Source: Podarcis gaigeae
Lineage: Eukaryota
Length of the DNA: 64,000 bases
Reading direction: 5' to 3' (one strand)
Assembly (NCBI GenBank): GCA_964106915.2
Contig: OZ066917.1
Part shown: in pieces, positions 35,616 to 47,315 of the stretch
How the letters are laid out: every line of letters starts with the position of its first letter
Numbering within the stretch: position 1 is the first letter of the stretch
Program-made: the position numbers and the translations under genes
Notes under the pieces: generated by a model
The model's database searches: none
What the model was told of the DNA's origin: nothing
Seen by the model: the letters and a program-made list of their open reading frames with translations, nothing else

Positions 35616-37808
35616 TCCCAGCCCATGCTCCCACATGGAGTAACGTGTAAACATCTTCCACCCATGCAATTCCAGTGGATCCATGGTCACATGCTATAAC
35701 TATAAAGCCCATTTTGTGCCATAGAAAAGGAGATTCATTTTACCTTACACTGGTTAATATGAGTGACATTCATAGCAATTGCACAAGATATAGTATATCT
35801 GGATGGTGGCCTAAAGGGTTTTTTTATTTGCTTATTTTTAAGGGGTGTGTGTGGAAACAATCTGTGCCGCAAGTAGGGTTTACATTCTTCCTTTGCAGAT
35901 GTTTAAGTTGCACATGAAAAAAGGAACATTTCACCCTTTGGAGCTTGGCTTGAATTCAAGACAATCTGCGCAGAAAGAAAATAAAGAATCAGGAACGTAC
36001 TTTAGAGTGTGCATTCCAAATCATTTCATTTGGAGTTATGTCACCTGGTGTGGACCCTGCTCACCTGTCAAAGAGGGATGGGGAGCTCAGGATCTGGCTC
36101 ACTAGCTGAATCCTGTTCTGCATATACAATCTCTGGTGGAATATGGGAATCATTTTGTTTTTAAAAATATCCCTCAAATTCTTCTTTTTAGGAACACCCC
36201 AAATTCACCAGATGATTCTAAACAACCTAGCACCTTCTCATAGTTATTTCCTCCTCAGAGGTTAAATGCTATTTAGACCAATTATATAAATTTATTATAT
36301 AAATTATTCACATGAACTGAAGGACAAATGAAATAAACGTGTTTCCTTTAGGTCAGTGTAGCCTGCTTTACAAGTGAAGATGAACTGTTTATATAAATCA
36401 TTTCAGCTGTTGAGAGGATGGACTAAGTAGATAGCCTGTGACAGCTGCCCCCGCCCCAGGCTTTTCACCCTGGGCGATTGCCTTGATTGTAAATTACTCT
36501 ACGTGGATGCATCAGAGTTATTAAATGGGACACATGCATCATGCATGAAATGCACCATGCATCAAAGTTATTAAATGTGTTACCGGTGCAATTAGAACTG
36601 CAAGCCACAGCATACAAAGTGTCTTTTGTACCTACTGTCCTCTTTCTCGCAGTGATTTCCATGCAAGGCATTACTTTTTCCCTGGCAGCATTCTTCAGCC
36701 TGTTAAACCGTTCCATGGGGAGGCATTTACAAACATCTGATGTAGCCATATTGGCAAAATATATTTATATACAATCTAAGACTTATTGAAAGATGCATTT
36801 GGAATTCTTTTCTTTTTATTGCTTAGTTGCGTTGGAACAAATCCAGCAATACAACTTCCAGGTGCTTGGCAGACTGCTTTTCTTAAAGAGAAAGTGATAA
36901 AGAAATACAATGTCCTTTTATAGAAAAAGCAATTAATGGATTGTACATTTTTAAAATTTTAATTTATTTATGGGGAGGGAAAGACAGCATATTCTTCTAC
37001 AGCAAGGGTTACAGGAATTTCATTCATAAATTGCTTTATTTAAGGTATTTGCTTCTTCAACAAAAAATGAAATCATATGCATTTTATTAATCAATGACTT
37101 CTAAATCATCTGCTTATGTTAAAATGCACGAGATAAAACCTCATTGTTCTTGTTCAAATATAAAACATGTTAGCAGAGTCTGATTGCAATCCACATACTG
37201 TTCTGCTAGTATAAGCTCTTGTCAGTTCAGCAGGGTTTACTGAACTCCAGCAAAGATATCTGGAGATCAGACTATGCCTCTGAGGTGCTATTCTTTTAAA
37301 AGAGAGAGACAGAAAAAAAGAAAGTACCACAGAACAGAAACTAGAAGAGGAAACGTCCCTCTTCCAATTAAGGAATTACATTTTTCAGCAACCTCATCAT
37401 ATTTTAGTGAAAGATGTTGCAAAATGATGAAGCTCCCTTCACAAAAGAAAACTTCTCATGAATATTCATTTGCATTCTAGGAGAATTTGATTGTCTCATT
37501 CTCCATTCCATCTCTAAAACAGAATTAATGACCTTAAATAGTCTCCTCTGACATTCTCTTTGTCCTCAGCTAGGTAAGTAATTTAGCATACTGGTTCTCT
37601 GACCCCCAAAACCTTATCTTAGCACACATTGCAGCAATTCTGCTTATCTTCGCTTTTTTTTTGCTTTTATGGTATAATTTTATGCAACTAAAGAAAAGAG
37701 AGAACACATTCAGTTCTCACTCTTTCTGAGAGCAGCTCCACACATTACAAAGATGCATCAAAAGAAGATAGTGAAAGAACAATACATCCTCTTGCTGCTT
37801 TCATTAGA

Positions 37809-37935
37809 ACAGCCTTTCCCAAGCAGGTATCCCCAAGAAGGTGCTTGGACTACAACTCCCACCAGCCCCAGCCAGCATGGCCAGTGGTGAAGAAGGATGG
37901 GAGTTGTACTCTGAACAACACCTGGAAGACACCAA
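37809..37935. mobile_element. Degenerate hAT-type palindromic MITE
   Basis: GGACTACAACTCCCA...TGGGAGTTGTA inverted core; further decayed copies at about 45958-46082 and 50863-50962. Confidence 0.7.
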
Positions 37936-39374
37936 GACTGCACTTGCAAATTGGATGTGGCCTTTATGGACCTTATGAGTTGTGATCCCCAAGGCCATTT
38001 CAGACTCATGGATCGTGCAACATGAAAACCAGGAAGTTTCAGCACTCATATTTCCTTTCTTGCTATTTTCATGGAAGTGACTCAGACCACAGGACAGGCA
38101 TTTTGTTTTTAAAATTATATGGGGATCTTTTGCACACCAGCAAGGATTATATGCATGTGCATTGTCTTGTTTGAAGCCAAGTGTAGAGAAGAATATCAGA
38201 ATCAAATGAGAAAAATAATGAGCCAAACACTCCATGGAGGCAAGGTTGTGGCCATGTATCTTTTTCAGTTCATAATCTGTTCCGAGTATTGTCATCTTTT
38301 TTTCTAGAGACCATTTTTTTAAATTACAAATTTGGACTGGGAGAACTGCAGAAAGTTGTATTTTTTAGAGACATGAACTGACTTAACTTGATGATCAGTG
38401 GAGCTGGATGGTTAGCCAGACAGGCTCCATGCATATTGTTTATTATATACACATAGAAGGAACCATGAATGACTGAACTATTGGCCTTATTCACTTGTTA
38501 CATGCAGGGCATATTGATGTTAACATTTGGGACAGGGCTAAAACTACCACTGCACTCCAAAATAGAGATTTCTTCCTTCAACAGTTGCATGTTGCACATG
38601 CTTGTTTGTAAAGAAACGTGAAGTACTTCCTTACATACCAGGCCTCTGCATGGTCACACCACACTCACAAGCAAGGCTTCACTCCAGAGTAAACATAACT
38701 GCCCTACATGGAAGTAATACATAAATAGGGCTATTGTGGAGTTATATATCTGAAGCTATTCACATTTCTTATTCAGGTAGTGCTGGTGGTTGAAGCAAAT
38801 CTGCAATTTACCAATCACTATACCACGGAAGAGTTACATTTTAGTCTGTTCAAGGTAAACTTTGCTTTGTATCCCTTGCTATTAGAGATTCATAAGTATT
38901 ATGCAAAATGTTCCTAGGATAATTTGCACAATGGGGGTTCGGTATTTAATGAAAGTGCTTCTTATTTTTAATTACAGCATTTAAGTTCATCTTATTGTCA
39001 AGTGGAATGCAGTTTTGTTGATTTGAGATTTGGCTTCTGGGATTCCATTAAAAACAATCTATATACCTTATTTCTTTGTAAAATATATAACCATCTCACA
39101 AATTGCTTTTGAATGTCTCTTAGCTTCAAAAAAAAAAAAAAGTTTAACATGTTGCATGGAGAACTACATAGGTGGTTCATGGGGGGAGAGCAGGTGAGGG
39201 GGAGTGAAATGTCCTGACTGGACTAGTAGCCTGCCTCTGCTTCTATCCCGAGTTGCTAGATCCCTGGGGAAATCTGAAGTAAAGTTACTTTTCACATACA
39301 GATTACAAGAAAATAATAAACTGGATTAAAAAGAAATATGCTGTAATCATATACTTTTATACTTGGAAGTTAAC

Positions 39375-40037
39375 TATCAGAATCAACATTTAAAATTATC
39401 CTAACAGGCTGGAACACTGAGCTATAACCAACAAGATTAAATTTAACAGAGAAAAATGTTAAGTCCTACATTTAGGTACAAAAATACAAGTACAGTATAG
39501 GTTGAGGAAACCTGACTTGGTAGCAGTACATGTTAAAAAGATCTGTGTCCTGGTGGCTTACAAGCTGAACATGAGCCAGCAGTGTGATGTCCACATCACA
39601 AGTAGTAGTAGTCTGAATCTATTCTGAGCTAGACAGACCACATCTGTCCAGATCAGGGCTCCACATTTTAAGAAAGAGATTGGCAAACTGCAATATGACT
39701 AGAGAGGACAATATGGTGAGAAATCGGGAAACGAAGTCCTATGAGGAGTGATTGAAAGAGTTGGCTGTGTTTAGTCTGAAGAGGAGAGATGATCTGAAGG
39801 ACTGCCATGAAGAAGATGGAACACACCTGTGCTCTGTTGCTCTAGGTGTCAGGACTAGAGCCAATGGTGGAAATTGCAGGAAGCAGATTAAAAACCCTTC
39901 ACTGGGGGTACTTAAGCAGAGGTTGGATGACTATCTCTGTTGAGGATGCTGTAGTTGGATCTTGATTAAGGAGCCTGCGTTGAGCAGTGGCTTGGATTAG
40001 ATGGCTTCTAAGGACCCTTCCAATTCTATGATTCTAT
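39375..40037 (+). mobile_element. CR1 LINE, RT C-terminus to 3' end, internally deleted
   Basis: Encodes decayed FNREKC.VLHLG, KLNMSQQC, LKELAVFSLKRR, LKQRLD motifs of CR1 ORF2; ends CCTTCCAATTCTATGATTCTAT (ATTCTRTG tail). Confidence 0.92.
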
Positions 40038-40057
40038 AGGGATCACAGAGAAAATAT

Positions 40058-40624
40058 TGTTGTAAATCTGAGTGGGGAGGTAAGGTGGATACAAAAGTTT
40101 AATGGGGTCAGAATGACTGCCCCAACTTCCTGAATGGTCAGTGGTGGATCTGTTAGCCACATCTTTGGCTAGAGAAATTGCAGGTACCAGTAAATGCCCA
40201 AGGAAGGGATAGTAGGAAACCCAACAGAGCAGCTGACATACCTTCCCACTTCCCAAGCAAAGACAGATGCACAGGAACAAATAAACTTCAAAAGGGAGGA
40301 ACAAAGAGGCAAAGAGGACTGAGCAGATTATGGAACTCCACATGCTGACAGCACCTGGGGATGCAGGGGTGCCTCGCTCTGGAGATCAGAGGTGGGACTA
40401 TCTTGGTTGGACTGTCCACCTGTGCTCAGTCTGTATATATGTAAATAAATTCAATTATTATAGAAATGCCTTAAATTTCCAATCATCTCTCCTTCCAAAG
40501 AGAACCAAACCTATATAAAATCTACTATCTACTATCTACTATACTATCTACTATCTACTATCTACCATAAAATCTACTATCCCTGGAACTTCACATTGCT
40601 TGGCGAAGGTATGCATGTGTAACA
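40058..40624 (+). mobile_element. Possible solo LTR
   Basis: TGTTG...TAACA termini, AATAAA at 40444-40449 in the expected 3' third; no TSD found. Confidence 0.35.
40521..40565. repeat. (TCTACTA)n heptamer repeat
   Basis: About six units, bracketed by duplicated ATAAAATCTACTATC. Confidence 0.9.
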
Positions 40625-43237
40625 AAGGGCTGGATCCTGGTGCAGAACTGCTTAGAGAAGACACATCGAACTCAATGGGATGGAAGTTGGACATGATATA
40701 AGTATACTGTTATTTCTCTTTCAGAAATCTAGTATGTGAACCAAATGGATTGTCCCTTCTATACCTGACCCCCAAATATATTATTCTGGTCTACCACAGA
40801 AGAACAGCTGTTTAAGTAAAAGAAGCTTAAAGTGGGCACAAATAATCATGCTTGCATCTTGGATCTTAGTTCCTCTTTATTTATTTATTTATTTTGCTGG
40901 AAACTTCCTCAAAGTGCTTAAATTAACCAGAACATAATACCCTGTGCTGCATCTGATCAAACTGCAAGCCTAATTACATATGAGAACATGTAAGCTGTTT
41001 TTCAGACATGTTTTGTTTTGCAATTAACATTTTTGTTGAGTTAAGGATTCGTTTTTAAACAACAACAACAGTTTTCATCTTGCAAGGCTGAATAATATAA
41101 AGAAATTGAAACCATAATTATAAAAAGCCCTGGCTTTATGTTTACTCATGGCCATGCTCTACACCTGAGCTATAACAAAAGGTAATTGCATCCAGACTGG
41201 TATATATTTCAAGACTGCAAAAAATGTCCTTTTCTGTGTCTAATGTGTGTCTTTTCTGTATATTTTAAGGATATTTGCAATTTTCAAAGCCATTTAGCTG
41301 ATGGCATTATTATAAACCCATAAAGTGTATATTTTGAACAGACGGAGCTACAAACCATAACCATATCCTCAAAGAGAGTGTATGGACACAGTATAAATAT
41401 TTTGAGGATAGGTGAATGCTTGCAGAGACCATGGAAAACAGATAAGCATTCCAGCTGAGACGCCAGTTCCCCAGGATGACTGATATACATATCTCCCCCC
41501 ACCCACCCACAGTATCAAATGTCATCTTTGCCACGCTCTATATAATAACACCATTTGGATATTACACTAAGGATCTTAGCTGGTATCAATATGGTATCAT
41601 TTTCTGAAGGCTTCATATTCCCTTTGGATAATCTGTTTCACCAGGATAGAGATAAACAATATGTAATACTATTTAGTGTCTTCGTGGTTGTTTTTGTTGT
41701 TGTTTTTTTAACAGGGAATATTCCATTTTATAGAGCAATTCTTTATCTGTCTAAGCATACAATAGGGCTGCGATCCTATGCACACTTAACTGGGAGCAAG
41801 TCCTGGTGACCTCAATAAGCCTTTCCTTTGAGGGGTCATGTATATTGTACTGTTAGTCATCTCACTTTTTTGCTATGAGATTATACTGGAAATGAGCACT
41901 CATTTAAAAACATTTGAGCTTCATTGTCTCAAAATTACATGCAATAGAAATCACGATACACCAGCTCTGCTTATGCTACTAGATCTGATGCATTTTTGGA
42001 GGCTGAGTGAAAGTATTGTGATTCTTATAATGTATTGACATTACTTGAAGGCAGAAAATTTACAAGAGTGGATTGTTAACTTGTCTTTATTTTGACTAGA
42101 CACCAACAGCACAATGCCTTTGACGTTGGCTAAGAACCAGCTAAGTGCATGGGTGAAAGGATACTGCTGGCCAAAGAAAACAAAGAAATCCCTGTCTGAG
42201 TCTACTTTTCTGGTTTGCTTTTATTAGGCAAGCGAAGAAATAAAAACTTCAAAGAAACACAAATATACATTTAGTAGAATATTTAGCCAACATAAATACA
42301 GCGGTAGTTTTGCATTTTCTAATCTTAATGTGGAAACAATATCCTTGATAACTACAAACATCCTGCAATGTATTTTTATGACAGTTGTTATTTTGGCACT
42401 GGTCTCAAGAGCAGTTAAGAACTTTTAAATATTGTTCCATTTTGGTACAAATAGATTGCACTTACACAATTCTGTACAAGAGAGAGATGTAAGAGACAGG
42501 TCTTATCTCAAGTTACAATGACTTACTTTTTGAGCCTCTCTTAGTGCAACTAATAATTCAAGTAGAGAACCACACAATATGTGGCGTCTAAAATACAACT
42601 GACAGCCTAAAGAGCTCAACAAAGAAAAGGACAACCAAGGACAACATGCAAATGCTAGTAGTGACTAAAAAAAGAGAAAAGATTAAAACTATATTGTAGT
42701 TATATAAGAAAGGGAAGGAAGCCAAAAGGTCTGTTGTACTTGGTCTTAAAAAAAACAATTAAGGGTCCCCATAGGTTTTTGGAAGCATACTCTTCTTGGA
42801 TCTTCTCATATATTTGCATCTTAGCCAGATGACTGATAAAAAATATTGTCATGTGGTAAAATGGAAGAAGCAAGGAAATCAGGGAAATTCTCAGAATGGG
42901 CACAAAAGCCAAAAATCACAGTAATTCTTATTTAAGAACTTATACATCACACTCTACTCAGGTAAACTCAGAAGTCACTACCAATATGGTGGACAGATCT
43001 GTTGTTAATGGATGAGTGGCAACAGGACAGTTATATGGCACCCAATTATAAATGACCTCAGACTGACTCACACATTAAACTAATTAAAATATAAACATTA
43101 ATAAGTTAAAACCGTAAATACAGATATATATTAGTCACAGATATTTCTAAGGGTAAGGCCGTATCTAAATAGTAGAGCATCTCCAGGTAAGAGAGACCCC
43201 TATGTGAAATTCTGGATAGGTGCTGCAATCAGTGGCC

Positions 43238-43584
43238 AGGTCCACAATAACACTAAACAAAACCATGGCTTAGAGCAGAACTTTCCAAACTTTTCATGTT
43301 GGTGACACACTTTTTAGACATCCATCATTTTGCAACACAGCAATTTAGTTTTACTAGCAAACCAGAGGTTAAGCTAACCCCTTTCCAGCCCCATAAGGAG
43401 CGTGAGGAGCATTCATGCAACACCGCAGCCAACACACAGTCATGAAACACAGTTTGGAAAGCTCTGGTTTAGAGCAAAAAAACAAATGTGTAGGTTACCA
43501 GCGCAAAGACTGACCACCTTCTCTGGTCCTGCTACACCACCCAGGGCTAAAAAATGGTTTGGCTTAGCATTACATGTGAACCAG
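43238..43584. mobile_element. Inverted-repeat MITE nested in the SINE
   Basis: Left GGTCCACAATAACACTAAACAAAACCAT vs right ATGGTTTGGCTTAGCATTACATGTGAACC are imperfect inverted repeats. Confidence 0.6.
43276..43466. mobile_element. hAT non-autonomous element with 8-bp TSD
   Basis: TIR CAGAACTTTCCAAACT/AGTTTGGAAAGCTCTG; TSD G(C/T)TTAGAG at 43268-43275 and 43467-43474. Confidence 0.9.
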
Positions 43585-46384
43585 ATCAATACAGTACAAA
43601 AAATGCTGAGCTAGATAGACCAGTGGTATGACTCAGTATAATCAGCTTGCTATGTTCCCATGATGTCTTAGTCACGAAGGAGCAGGCCATAACTGATTAG
43701 TTATTTTGTCCCATCTAAACATCTTTAGTAATTGACTTGGCATATTTTACAAACTAGGCTGATGAACATTCATGTGTCATGTCATGAACAACTGTCATAA
43801 CTTACTCCAGTGTTCTTTCTAGACTCAGGGCCAAACTATATAATTGGTTATTTGTGTTTATTTTTAAAGTATGTTTATGTCAGACATTTTTATTTTAAAG
43901 GAAATGCAATTGAAAAGCTTTAGCAGGGTAGAAAACCCCATTAGAAACTATGTGGTGTATTTTGAAAAAATCAGTCTGAAAAGGGAAGGATGCCTGAGCA
44001 TCTATTTTGTTTTCCTCTGAAGAGTGAAAACCAAGGTACTGACTGTGACAGAATGAAACCACAGCAAAGACTGGTGTTCAAAATCTCAGGCTTACAGATT
44101 AAATCCTCAAAGAGCTTAAGCTTAAGATGCCAGTATTTCTGTTGAGATGCCAGCTGTCAGATCTATGTCAGGATATTGCGTGATAGAGCCCCTAGAAAAA
44201 TATAGCTTGGTCACAGAGAAGAAATTTTTATTTATATTATCCGGTGAACCTTCCTTGAAGTAATTCATTGCAAGGATCCATAACACAGGAAGACAATGGT
44301 GTGTACTGTGAAATAATAAGAATATTAAAAATCTAAATTTTAGTATTCAAATATTAAATATTTCTATCTCAAGCATCACACAATGTTTTAGAAATATGTA
44401 AAAAACAAAGACAGAATTTTAAAAGAATGAAATCTGTGCTGCACAGGGGTTGGTGGGTGAACTATGGGTTGGATCCAGGTGTAGTAATGTTTGGAGAATA
44501 CCAATTAACTCTGTGGAGCGTAAGCACATGCTGCCAAAAATGTATTAAAAGGCAGTAATTTAGATGAATGACGCCCCAAAAATTCAAGTCAAACACTGGT
44601 GTGCAGGATCGAGTTGAGCACTACCTTGCTTGCACCCTTCTTTAAATAGGGCTGTGTTTGTTTTCAGCCAATAAACCACCACTCCACCTTCCCCCAAGGT
44701 TCATTCTATTCATGGCATTGAAAAAGGAAGGGGGGTGAGGTGATAGTTGTTCCAGAAGTTCCAATGGAGTATCTGTTTCCACTGGGAGACTTGGACTGAG
44801 ACGCTTAGGTCTCAGAATCACTAGAGGGAAACTGATAATGAAAGTAAGTGGGAAAGTGATACCAAAATAAGGGCAGTGTTCTATTAACCTGTTCAGTCAG
44901 TTCAAGGATTACCCTTGGTATGATTCCTGGGGGTAAGCGAGGTCTTCTGTATGTATTTTCAGGACTTTGAACGAAAAGCAATCTCTCAGCTTATCTATGA
45001 AAGGTAACCAGCCAGCTAGTTTCAGCCTTTGATCATTCTTTATCGGTCATGTGACATTTTGCTACTTTTTTGCTGAATAAATATACAGGTTCGTATTGAC
45101 TCCTACAAGAATGGAGTACAAATAACAGCAATTTGTTCAGTCGTTAACCTGGGGCATCAAGAAAAATACTGATGACATCACACTATCTCGCTATGATACA
45201 ATTCTCTTCCCTTACGATGCAACAGACTCTGATGTTCTTATAGATTTGAACATGAGTGGAAATAGAGTAGTGATCCCTTCATTTCCAATATTTTTCTTTT
45301 CTTTTGGGGGAAGAGATATAAAACAGTTTGATCTTTTCTAACATGTACAAGCAAGCTGTGAAAATCTTAGCAGTAAACTCCTGTGGTTTGTGGAATATTT
45401 TTCTCCTTACAAGGAAGTAACTAACCATGTAAAACATCAAGAGCCCCAAACTTGCCTTGATATAAAAGAGTGACATACTAAAATGCACAACTGATAGTTG
45501 GAATACAGATGGCTGAAGTGCAGAATGCCAGAAAACGAGGCAACAATATTTTAACTCTGTTTTACAGCTACCAATATTTATACTCATAAGTTATTTTGAA
45601 AGAAAGCATTTCTTCTAGCTGTATGAAATCAGCTGAAATTTGCTCCACAGTAAGCAACACCTCCGTGAACTCATCCAAATTGGAAACGGTTTTCAACTCA
45701 AAAGCAGCATACTATACTAGTCTGCAGTATAAGCAGCACAGTAATCAGAAATGGTTCTGCTTACAGCCCACAGAGTTACGTTACTGGAAACATTCAAGAA
45801 TTCAACAGTCAAAACTTTATAGTGTTAAGCTCTGTCAAACTTTGTTTTCTAAAAAAATACTAACGTCTCTTGTTATTAGAAAAGTAGATCACCCACCACC
45901 ACAACCAACAACATTTAGATTGATTAATGATGCAGGATTACATTGTATAGTGGGGTGGGTGGGTGTAAAGCTGTGGCCTTCCAGAAGTTGTAGGACTACA
46001 ACTTCCAGCATCCTTCGCCATGCTGGTTGGACAACACTGGAGTCCACCAGCTTCTGAATGGTCACAGGTTTCCCACTTCTGGTGTACAGTGTTTATGATT
46101 GTCCATATGTACCAAGGTGCAATAATATGAGTATGGCTTAGACTAATATTATAGCAGCATTCTATATGGAGTGTAGCGCCAAGTTCAGAAGGGGTAGCCA
46201 GAGCTACTCAGCTGACCATCTTGGGAACAGTTTTTCAAGTATGTGAGGAAAGCCAGAAGAACTGCTAATAAAATCCACAATGCCCACTCTCTGACTCCAT
46301 GAATCTTAGTCAAATTGTACTTTACAAAAAACTCTAAATACAGTAGCTAAGTGGGAAGTAATAAATGGGGGGGGGGGAGCAGGA

Positions 46385-46520
46385 GTGAGAACCTCAGGCC
46401 CAGGAGCAAAATGCAACTCTTCAGGCCTCTCTACCTGGCTCCCAAGACTCTCCCCAGGTCACATGGTTAACTGGCCCTGCTGCATGCTCTCCTCAAGTGC
46501 TTTGGCCTGGTTGAAATGTG
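46385..46520. mobile_element. Degraded hAT-like element fragment
   Basis: GAACCTCAGGCCC...CAAAATGC...CAGGCCTCTCT pattern typical of hAT left subtermini; weak. Confidence 0.35.
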
Positions 46521-46592
46521 CATACCCTCTAACATCCTGAGTCCCCAAACCAGGGAGGAACCCTCTCTGGCACCCGGATCGGAACGCCAAGG

Positions 46593-46760
46593 GCCATACG
46601 GACTGAGTACACATAGCAGCCCATATGGACTGTGCACATGCGGCAGCCTGTACGGTCACTGTGTGAGAGGCAGTCCATATAGACGCCTGTATGGACGGCA
46701 CGCGCGAGCGGCAACCCGTACGGACGCCGCACGAGCGGCACACATACTGACTGCACGTGC
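46593..46760. repeat. CpG-rich ~27-bp degenerate minisatellite
   Basis: Units at 46593, 46619, 46646, 46673 (partial), 46685, 46714, 46741 (partial); consensus GCCCGTACGGAC-N-GCGGCA. Confidence 0.8.
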
Positions 46761-47164
46761 GCCCTTGGCCGTTCTACAGCTGGGGGGAGGCAGTGGGCCA
46801 TATTGTTACCCCCCCCAGTGGTACCAGGGGCAGACCACCCCCTCCGCCGCCCCCTTCGCCTGCCCCTGATCCCTAGCAGATTTTGCATCCCTCCCCCTAT
46901 TTGTAAAAGTGCTTTGGAAAGAGAAGCGAAGGCATGCAGTAGATCAGACTGCAAATTGCCTCTCTTAAAATGGCTATTATGCTAGCATTATCTGAGATTT
47001 GATGCTGTCTGCATAACCACTTGTACTGTGTTTCTCTCTAATATGAAAAAAAACCAAGATAATTTGAAATAAACATGCAATTATGGTTTCTTTGTGCCTT
47101 TCTACCCAGATATTTTTCTGGAAAAGAAAAAAATAAGGATGAGTGGAGGTAAGGGGTAAATTCC

Positions 47165-47315
47165 ATACCCACACCATGCCCAGCAAATCCTGAGAATTGT
47201 GTTTTACCCTTCACAGACCTATAATTCCCAGCATCCTGACAAACTACAGTTCACAGGATTAGTTGATGGAAGTGATGTGCTCTAAATGTGTTTGAGCGTA
47301 TGGTATGGATACGAC
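47165..47315. mobile_element. Degraded palindromic MITE
   Basis: TCCTGAGAATTGTG...ATAATTCCCAG...CTACAGTTCACAGGA repeated arms with CCATACC/GGTATGG outer inverted ends. Confidence 0.45.

Larger units (their letters stand above)
43157..43659 (+). mobile_element. Squam3-type SINE split by nested insertions
   Basis: Left half 43157-43233 (AGTAGAGCATCTCCAGGTA...GCTGCAATCAGT) and right half 43590-43659 (CTGAGCTAGATAGACC...CTATGTTCC) align to the 23857 copy. Confidence 0.75.

Noticed and set aside
46593-46760. CRISPR array
   Set aside because: Units only ~27 bp, variable parts ~10 bp and mutually related by CpG decay, vertebrate context, no cas genes.
46459-46954. Overlapping 94-141 aa ORFs on both strands
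   Set aside because: Explained by the GC-rich repeat array lacking stop codons.
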